Shown here: positions 56,319-64,000 of the stretch, one piece after another
Numbering within the stretch: the stretch's first letter is position 1
Layout: each line of letters begins with the position of its first letter
Position numbers and translations under genes: made by a program
Notes under the pieces: model-generated
The model's input: the letters and a program-made list of their open reading frames with translations, nothing else
What the model was told of the DNA's origin: nothing
The model's database searches: none
Source: Octopus vulgaris
Taxonomy: Eukaryota
Length of the DNA stretch: 64,000 nucleotides
NCBI GenBank assembly: GCA_951406725.2
Contig: OX597839.1
Location: forward strand, 1,860,001 to 1,924,000
Direction of reading: 5' to 3'

Positions 56319-58214
56319 TAGTGTGTCTGTGTTTGTCCCCCTAGCATTGCTTGACAACCGATGCTGGTGTGTTTATCTCCCCGTCACTTAACGGTTCGGC
56401 AAAAGAGACCGATAGAATAAGTACTGGGCTTACAAAGAATAAGTCCTGGGGGTTGATTTGCTCGACTAAAGGCGGTGCTCCAGCATGGCCGCAGTTAACT
56501 GACTGAAACAAGTAAAAGAGTAAAAGAGTAAACCCAATCTGTTTCTTAAAGGAGGGACATATTCATTATGCACAGGATGTTATTTACCTAAATGGACGCC
56601 AGCGATTAGTTAAAATTGCCGAAATACTCGAAATCAAAGACTAGATATCTTACAACCTATAGAATTTTCTCAATAAAACCAAGAGAAAATGATGTTTTAT
56701 AAACACATTCTACCAGTATACGAAGTTTAAAACTTTTTAGTTACCTAGAAATTATGTTACACAGTGCCGTTCAAAAGGAAAAGATCCCCAGTTTGTTTAT
56801 AAAAATAATTTATTTACTTAGTTTAAAAAATTATTTACTTTGTTCGAAAAATATTATTTAATTTTCTTTGGTATGTATTCAGCCTTGAAATACAAACATA
56901 CGCGCAAGTCGTTGTAGGATCGACTACTTACGACTAGCTCGCTATTTCTTTACTACCCACAAGGGGATAAACACTGAGAGGACAAACAAGGACAGACAAA
57001 CGGATTAAGTCGATTATATCGACTCCGAAAGGATAAAAGGCAAAGTCGACCTCGGCGGAATTTGAACTCAGAACGTAACAGCAGGCGAAATACGACTACG
57101 CATTTCACCCGGCGTGCTAACGTTTCTGCCAGCTCGCCGCCTAGCGCGGATGCGCGAGTGCGCGCAGCGGGACCCCTGTTCGTAGAAGTACCATAAAATA
57201 TACTATAAAGCAGTATTTACATCAATTTCTTTAGTTTTCGATAAATCACAGGCTGGTTCATAAAATATTAGTTACACTCTACGCATGGAATCTCATACTG
57301 CGTATAAAACTTCTAATGTGCTGCTTTACGTCTAAAATACACATGTACAACCGTAATTTAGTTTTAATGAATCTCAGTAATTTAAGTACATGACGTCATA
57401 ATTGGGTGACTGTGTTTCATCCACCCTTGAGGGACATCTTTCGCATTAAGATCACACAGTGAAAGTTAGATAATTGGCATTAAACTTCAATGAAATAAAA
57501 GTTTAATTTATTTATGAAATGACGAAAAGATCGAACTGATTTATTCTGAAAGATTTCAGTGATTTGTTACGGAATAAAAACTGATTTATCCGAATATGAA
57601 AGATATTTAGTTTGGGGAACATTTTAATGTGCAGGAATACAACAAACAGATTAAAATGTTTATTTAATACTTTTAAACAAAGACTTAATCGTTTCATTTA
57701 CACACCAGAACACGACTGTTTTTGTATATTCCCGGTTTTTGTTTTGTGTGGTGCGTGTGTTTATGTGTTCTTTTCGCAAAGTCGAAATTTGCGCTGCTTA
57801 AAACATACAGAAGCGAAGAAATTGCGGTTTTTTTGGCACATGAATATAATTTTGGTTAAATTCCGACTCTATAATTTAGGGTTACCAAATATGTAACTAC
57901 GCATCTAAAGGAAACCGTCGAAATAGTAGCACCTGCCCGATAAACAAATAAAAGTTGGGCGGTGAAAAAAATGTTTTAGCAGACTTTGTGGTTAATGCTT
58001 GTATTATTTTATTCTTTTACAGATCCCAGTCATATGAGTACGGCCATACTGGAGGTACAAACGGAACAAGGACTGTCAAACGCAGTTGATAGTTAGATAG
58101 GTAGACAGACAGACAGATATGTGTATAAATGTATTTACCTTCTTCTTCTCCATGAGCCGAAGTCACTGCCACATAACAGAAGAGCAAGCTGGAGATTACG
58201 AGAAGGACCTTCAT
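33099..58214 (-). CDS. Small putative GPI-anchored six-cysteine protein (neuritin/CPG15-like or RGM-N-like), 4 exons, 127 aa
   Basis: Exons 58214-58139, 43651-43540, 38094-37979 and 33178-33099 join in frame (384 nt) via polypyrimidine-cag acceptors and gtaaat/gtaagt/gttagt donors: MKVLLVISSLLFCYVAVTSAHGEEEDHSKCTKSKVCITSIQTRYDKYRTDHLNGEVEAEGCESRIFGSDQECVTENLKYCPKETENTFRARWNNMKDDIKSCNFGTRITFSFSLLLLALFVNAAEIF*. Confidence 0.78.
33420..34210 (+). mobile_element. RTE-like LINE 3' end with repeat-bearing 3' UTR
   Basis: VEGICGRGRPKETWDEVVKHDL...DRDLWK..V C-terminal motif; 3' UTR homologous to 16520-16920, 35850-36050, 42956-43153 and 46750-46930. Confidence 0.82.
34212..34619 (-). mobile_element. 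SINE family A, inserted in the tail of an RTE-like LINE
   Basis: Homology; RTE tail resumes at about 34620 (gttaaacaatg...gatgatgatg). Confidence 0.85.
34970..35381 (-). mobile_element. SINE family A
   Basis: Homology to other copies. Confidence 0.87.
37226..37628 (+). mobile_element. SINE family A
   Basis: Homology to other copies. Confidence 0.87.
37979..38094 (-). CDS. Six-Cys protein exon 3 (RIFGSDQECVTENLKYCPKETENTFRARWNNMKDDIKS)
   Basis: cttgtttttcag acceptor; phase 2 in; T|gttagt donor. Confidence 0.78.
38209..38617 (+). mobile_element. SINE family A
   Basis: Homology to other copies. Confidence 0.87.
40750..41151 (-). mobile_element. SINE family A
   Basis: Homology to other copies. 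Confidence 0.87.
41175..42127. mobile_element. Second piggyBac-like MITE family, two tandem copies (second one interrupted by a SINE); another copy at about 32783-32974
   Basis: atgctaaagggttaa ends; shared internal sequence. Confidence 0.65.
41434..41970 (+). mobile_element. SINE family A, inserted in a piggyBac-like MITE
   Basis: Homology; MITE sequence stops at about 41430 and resumes at about 41970. Confidence 0.85.
42309..42476. repeat. 86-bp direct tandem duplication
   Basis: ccagcactagtgggcactatacag at 42309 and 42395. Confidence 0.9.
42876..43459 (-). mobile_element. Helitron-like element with nested RTE 3' tail (about 42956-43153)
   Basis: actagcagtatcgcccggc start and tttatatagagagagat end, shared with the 14580 copy. 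Confidence 0.72.
43540..43651 (-). CDS. Six-Cys protein exon 2 (DHSKCTKSKVCITSIQTRYDKYRTDHLNGEVEAEGCES)
   Basis: ttttcctttcgttacag acceptor; TC|gtaagt donor; unique non-repetitive sequence, open in the required phase. Confidence 0.78.
43723..44081 (-). mobile_element. SINE family C head with alternative tail
   Basis: TSD ttggcgatggtgtt at 43709-43722 and 44082-44095. Confidence 0.85.
44335..45202 (-). mobile_element. Two adjacent SINE family A copies (young 44335-44725, older 44745-45202 with long (CA)n)
   Basis: Homology to other copies. Confidence 0.83.
45270..46930 (+). repeat. About 11 copies of a 129-bp tandem repeat (62+67-bp subunits) inside an RTE-like 3' UTR ending in (GAT)n
   Basis: Core GGTGGCACGTAAAAAGCACC recurs every 62/67 bp; the 43-aa periodicity of ORFs 45249-45959 and 45969-46655 reflects the unit. 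Confidence 0.93.
47322..47560. repeat. Minisatellite (about 30 bp) of CTAGCTAG / GTTAACAAACTAACTGA units
   Basis: Direct observation. Confidence 0.85.
47998..48580 (-). mobile_element. SINE family B, tandem trimer (about 184-bp period)
   Basis: Units begin near 48001, 48185 and 48369. Confidence 0.88.
52362..52746 (+). mobile_element. SINE family C, full length with TSD
   Basis: TSD taccttttattaa at 52349-52361 and 52747-52759. Confidence 0.9.
54205..54885 (-). mobile_element. SINE family A with a nested family B SINE (54446-54673, +) in its microsatellite
   Basis: Family A halves flank a family B copy. Confidence 0.85.
56943..57141 (-). mobile_element. SINE family B
   Basis: Homology; interrupts a locally duplicated CpG-rich motif. 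Confidence 0.83.
58139..58214 (-). CDS. Six-Cys protein exon 1: signal peptide MKVLLVISSLLFCYVAVTSA-HGEEE
   Basis: Classic n/h/c signal peptide ending T-S-A; phase-1 donor G|gtaaat. Confidence 0.8.
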
Positions 58215-59199
58215 GATAACGTGTTAAGTTGGTCTGTGGTGGAAATGCAATTGAATTAATATATATATCCTGTTATGGTCTTCTTTGTACTGAAAGTTTC
58301 ATTTTCGTCGTTCGTATATTGTTTTGTTTGTTCTGCGTAAGTGAAGAAAAAAGCTGTATAGAAAAGTGGTCAGGGAGAAATGGTAAGAGAAAGAAACTGA
58401 AACAGAGAGAGAGGGTGTGTATGTGTGTATGAGAGAGAAAGCGGGAGTTATTGAGTAGAAAATACAGTGATAGTGTACGATGAAAGTATGTTAAAGGGAA
58501 AGAGAGAATAAGTCAGAGAGAGAGAGAGAGACGGATAATAAGAAAAGCGTGTGAAAGAAAGTTTGACAAAATTAATGGGAGAAAAAAAGGTAGGGCAGAA
58601 CAGAAAGAAATAGGGAGATTTAACGATAGAGAGAAGAAAGAAGACGGAAAGGGTAAAAGGTAGAACGAAAGGAAGGGAAACAGAGAGGTCAACAAGAGTG
58701 AAATGGTGTTGGTGATTACGATGGCGGCGGTGACAGTAGTGATGAAGGTGATGGTAGTGGCGGTGATGGTGAAGGTGGTAATTTCTTAGATAAGTGAAAA
58801 GGGAATTTTTCTTTTCTTTTTTTTTTTTTTTTTTTTTTTTTACTGACTAGCCCAGTAGAGGATAAGGGGACTGTTGACATAGTTGTTTGGTTGTGATTTA
58901 TATATCTGATTTACTTGGCTACAACGTATTAAAGAAATGCAGTAAAGGGCCACTTAGCCGTTGGTTCGATGTAGGTGTGGATTGACGGCAGAAAAACTGA
59001 CGAGTGACAAAATATTGCCAAGGATTTCGCCTGAAGAGCACCGAATTTTGTTAAGGTTTCTTTTCTCCGGTGTTCCCGCCAGTTCTTACAACTTGGATAC
59101 ACGCACATACATATATATATATATACGCCACCAAATTGAACAATTTATGGATTAAGGCATCGAGACTATGATGATTTTTGATCGATAACTGACGAGGGA

Positions 59200-59588
59200 T
59201 AGGCGTAGGAGTGGCTGTGTGGTAAGTAGCTTGCTTACCAGCCACATGGTTCCGGGTTCAGTCCCACTGCGTGGCACCTTGGGCAAGTGTCTTCTACTAC
59301 AGCCTCGAGCAGGCCAAAGCCTTGTGAGTGGATTTGGTAGAGGAAAACTGAAAGAAGCCTGTCGTGTATATGTATATATATATATATATATATGTTTGTG
59401 TGTCTGTGTTTGTCCCCCCAACATCACTTGACAGCCGATGCTGGTGTGTTTACGTCTCCATAACTTAGCGGTTCGGCAAAAGAGACCGAGAGAATAAGTA
59501 CTAGGCTTACAAAGAATAAGTCCTGGGGGTTGATTTGCTCGACTAAAGGCGGTGCTCCAGCATGGCCGCAGTCAAATGACGGAAACAA

Positions 59589-59638
<50 letters not shown>
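59200..59638 (+). mobile_element. SINE family A with (GA)n tail
   Basis: Homology to other copies. Confidence 0.87.
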
Positions 59639-59641
<3 letters not shown>

Positions 59642-60492
59642 TTTTTTGTCGACCTCCTGTGACACATTTTACTATCTATATATTTATCTATGAAAGTGAT
59701 TAGTGTTATGCACGAAACTCTGCTCTTGAATATTTTTCGTAAATTCTGCCGATTAATAATAATAATAATTAATTCTGGTTTATTGGCCACAAGGGCTAAC
59801 ATAAATCAAAGATATATGTAAGGACAAATGCAGGACGAAAAGTACAAAGGGTTTTGTCCGAAAGAAAGGTCCGTGTAAACATTCGAAATAACAACGAAAA
59901 ATATAACAAATAAAACTCCTCATAGGGGGAGGCGCTTCGAAAGGTTACTCTTGGAAAAACCCATAAAAGCCACGGGAGCCTGGTCAAAAAGGGGTAGAGA
60001 GCCCCTTTCTCCTTTTTGGCATAACTTCGGTATAAGTACCGGAAGTATCGGATACATTTCAAGAAACTGTTTGTTTGCTTTTTATATATGGGAGGTTAGG
60101 GTTAGGGTTTGTGTTTGGGCTAGGGTTTGTGTTAGGGTTAGGGTTAGGGGTGGGAGAAAAGGGTTTCTGTTATCTTCAGAAATGTAAACAAAGTGACCTG
60201 TGTAGTTATACCGAAGGATCGCCCCCTTTTTTTTTTTTTTTTTTACAGGTGTAACATCAGAATTGGTCCGTTCAATACTGGCCATTTTTCCGACATTTAC
60301 CCACCTTAGCATTAAAGTGAAGTGCGTGTCCTTTACTAATTTCAGCCCGAGAGCTTGCTGCCATGCTAAAGCAACGCCGCTACACACACACACATGCACA
60401 CATATGCAGTCGAACAGGTTTACACGTTCCTTAGTTCCCACGAATTCATTTTACTTTTACTTTGTACTTTTCCTCCCGGTCATCAAAACCAA

Positions 60493-60525
<33 letters not shown>

Positions 60526-60526
60526 C

Positions 60527-61173
60527 CTGGATTTGCCCCATGAAAAAAACTGGTGGGAACACAAACCACCCCCAGTGCTTGAAAATGACCACATCTCACT
60601 CCTCTGGAACTTCACCATCCAAACTGACAGGAAGATAGATGCAAATAGGCCAGACATCATATTGAAAGACTTCAAACAAAGAACATGCCTCCTCATTGAT
60701 ATGACTGTCCCAATCGATATAAACGTATCTGTCAAGACCTACCAAAAACTGAGCAAATATAAAGATCTTGAAACAGAAATCAGCAAAATGTGGAAGCTGA
60801 AGACTAAAACAATACCTGTTGTCATAGGTGCCCTGGGAATGATAGCAAAAGGGGCTGATAGCTACCTAACTCAGATACCAGGAAACCCAAAAATGGCAGA
60901 AGTTCAAAAGATAGTGCTCATGGGAACTGCTCATATCCTACGCAAAATACTCTCTATGTAATCTCAAGGTTTAAAACAAACATAATTTTCGGTTTAAAAA
61001 AAAAAAAAACAACTTTTTTTTTTAGACATTCATTAGTACAACATCCCCACCCCCCAAATATATGGCACACTAGGCATAACAACAACATGAACTTCCAACC
61101 CTGTTGTCTCTTGAGGTCTCTGGGTGAGACTTGGAGCCAACTTGTACAAATATAAAGCAAAAGTCAAACATAG
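60527..61173 (+). mobile_element. Dong/R4-clade non-LTR retrotransposon 3' fragment (restriction-like endonuclease) in a (TAA)n target
   Basis: W.H.P..VLEN....LLW.F.IQTD..I.ANRPDI......CLLID..VP.D.......KL.KY.DL..EI..MW......IPVVIGALG; (TAA)n on both sides. Confidence 0.88.
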
Positions 61174-62222
<1,049 letters not shown>

Positions 62223-62557
62223 TAAGACAAGTGATTTATATGATGTCAACTTAATGTGACAGTCCCATAAAAGGGAAGAATGCTACTGTTATTTTGCCCA
62301 AGGAAACACCGATTCCTGTTGGACTTGACACATTTCCTGTGTCCTTGTGATTCAGAAATTTATTATTTCTATTTCCAAAAAAAAGAAAAAGAGTGTAATA
62401 GATATTTTTTTAAATGTGTAGAAAACGAATATGAAAACAAAAATTTGGGTAAACGAACGGGGGTGGGTGGGAAGAGGACTTTCGGATAATTCACGCGATC
62501 CGATTTTTTCCCTCATAACTTTCAGGAAAATTGGTATCTTTTAATGAAAGTTTATAT

Positions 62558-62965
62558 AGGCGCAGGAGTGGCTGTGTGGTAAGTAGTTTGTTTACCAACC
62601 ACATGGTTCCGGGTTCAGTCCCACTGCGTGGCACTTTGGGCAAGTGTCTTCTACTATAGCCTCGGGCCAACCAAAGCCTTGTGAGTGGATTTGGTAGAGG
62701 GAAACTGAAAGAAGCCCGTCGTATATATGTATATATATATGCGTGTGTTTGTGTTTGTGTGTCTGTATTTGTCCCCCTAGCATTGCTTGACAACCGATGC
62801 TGGTGTGTTTATGTCCCCGTTACTTAGCGGTTCGGCAAAAGAGACCGATAAAATAAGTACTGGGCTTACAAAAGAATAAGTCCCGGGGTCGAGTTGCTCG
62901 ATTAAAGGCGGTGCTCCAGCATGGCCGCAGTCAAATGACTGAAACAAGTAAAAGAGTAAAGAGTA
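62558..62965 (+). mobile_element. SINE family A
   Basis: Homology to other copies. Confidence 0.87.
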
Positions 62966-63364
62966 AATACTTTTCAAGCGGCATAGATTACAGTTATAAA
63001 GGAATTTGCGGGGAAAATTTTTTTCCAAGGGGCTGGGGAGCTGAGTTTCGGATCAAGAAGCCCATATAAGTTGGAATTTCTCCATTTTGACGGGAAATTT
63101 TCCAGCTGTTTTTCACCGTCGCCTTCGAAATGATGGGAAGCATCTTTTTATTTATGATTTTTTTCTCCTCACCCCTTAATGATGATTCCCAGGGACCACA
63201 CACGTGCTCCATTGGTGGGATATAAACATCAACAAAAAAAAATGATAATTTAAATTTTTACCCCCCACCTTAATTAAGAGAGGCCGTGTGTGTGTAAGAA
63301 AAAAACATTTTCTAACAGAAAAGTATTCTATTTTAGATTAATTATCTTTTACATACTCTCTCTC

Positions 63365-63746
63365 TCTCTTTACTCTTTTACTTGTTTCACTCATTTGAAT
63401 GCGGCCATGCTGGAGCACCGCCTTTAGTCGAGCAAATCGACCCCGGGACTTATTCTTTGTAAGCCCAGTACTTATTCTATCGGTGACGGGGATTTAAACA
63501 CACAAGCATCGGTTGTCAAGCAATGCTATGGGGACAAACACAGACACACAAACACACACACACTCACACATATATACATATATATGACAGGCTTCTTTCA
63601 GTTTCCGTCTACCAAATCCACTCACAAGGCATTGGTCGGCCCGGGGATATAGCAGAAGACACTTGCCCAAGATGCCACGCAGTGGGACTGAACCCGGAAC
63701 CATGTGGTTGGTTAGCAAGCTACTTACCACACAGCTACTCCTGCCT
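63365..63746 (-). mobile_element. SINE family A
   Basis: Homology to other copies. Confidence 0.87.
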
Positions 63747-64000
63747 ATTTTTTAAAAAAATTACTGCGGATAAATGCCAGAAATTGCCTCAGGCTCTCCA
63801 ATAGTTTAAATTATAAACAGAAGCAATCTGCGGCGGGAATAGGGTTGGAGAAAAATCATTAATTTTCAATATATATATATAAATAACAAATGCGTTTATG
63901 GGGGAGAAAACTATTGAAAAACATCAATACATGCGAGAGAAAGAAACGGGGAGGGTTGTCTTGGGATGTACTAGAAACGACAATCAAATCTCCCTTAAAT

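Noticed and set aside
60094-60149. Telomere (TTAGGG repeats)
   Set aside because: Only a few interrupted units at an interstitial position; not a chromosome end.

Overview
AT-rich, microsatellite- and SINE-dense eukaryotic genomic DNA. The tRNA-derived SINE families, Penelope/RTE/Dong relics and C2H2 relic suggest a coleoid cephalopod, probably Octopus (inference). Nearly all ORFs in the supplied track are microsatellite or SINE noise. Two convergent spliced genes can be reconstructed by hand. (1) Plus strand: a clan-3 (CYP3A-like) cytochrome P450 with 13 in-frame coding exons from 9437 to 28793; the N-terminal first exon is not securely located. (2) Minus strand: a four-exon, 127-aa gene (58214->33099) encoding a signal peptide, a six-cysteine domain and a GPI-signal-like tail, resembling neuritin/CPG15 and the RGM N-terminal domain. 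Its third donor (T|GTTAG) yields Cys + membrane tail if spliced and Cys + stop if read through, so it could give anchored and soluble forms. The rest is nested mobile elements (three SINE families, RTE, Dong/R4, Penelope-like elements with hammerhead-like motifs, Helitron-like, hAT and piggyBac-like MITEs), a 129-bp tandem array and many fold-back inverted repeats. Family assignments come from motif recognition and memory, not database searches.
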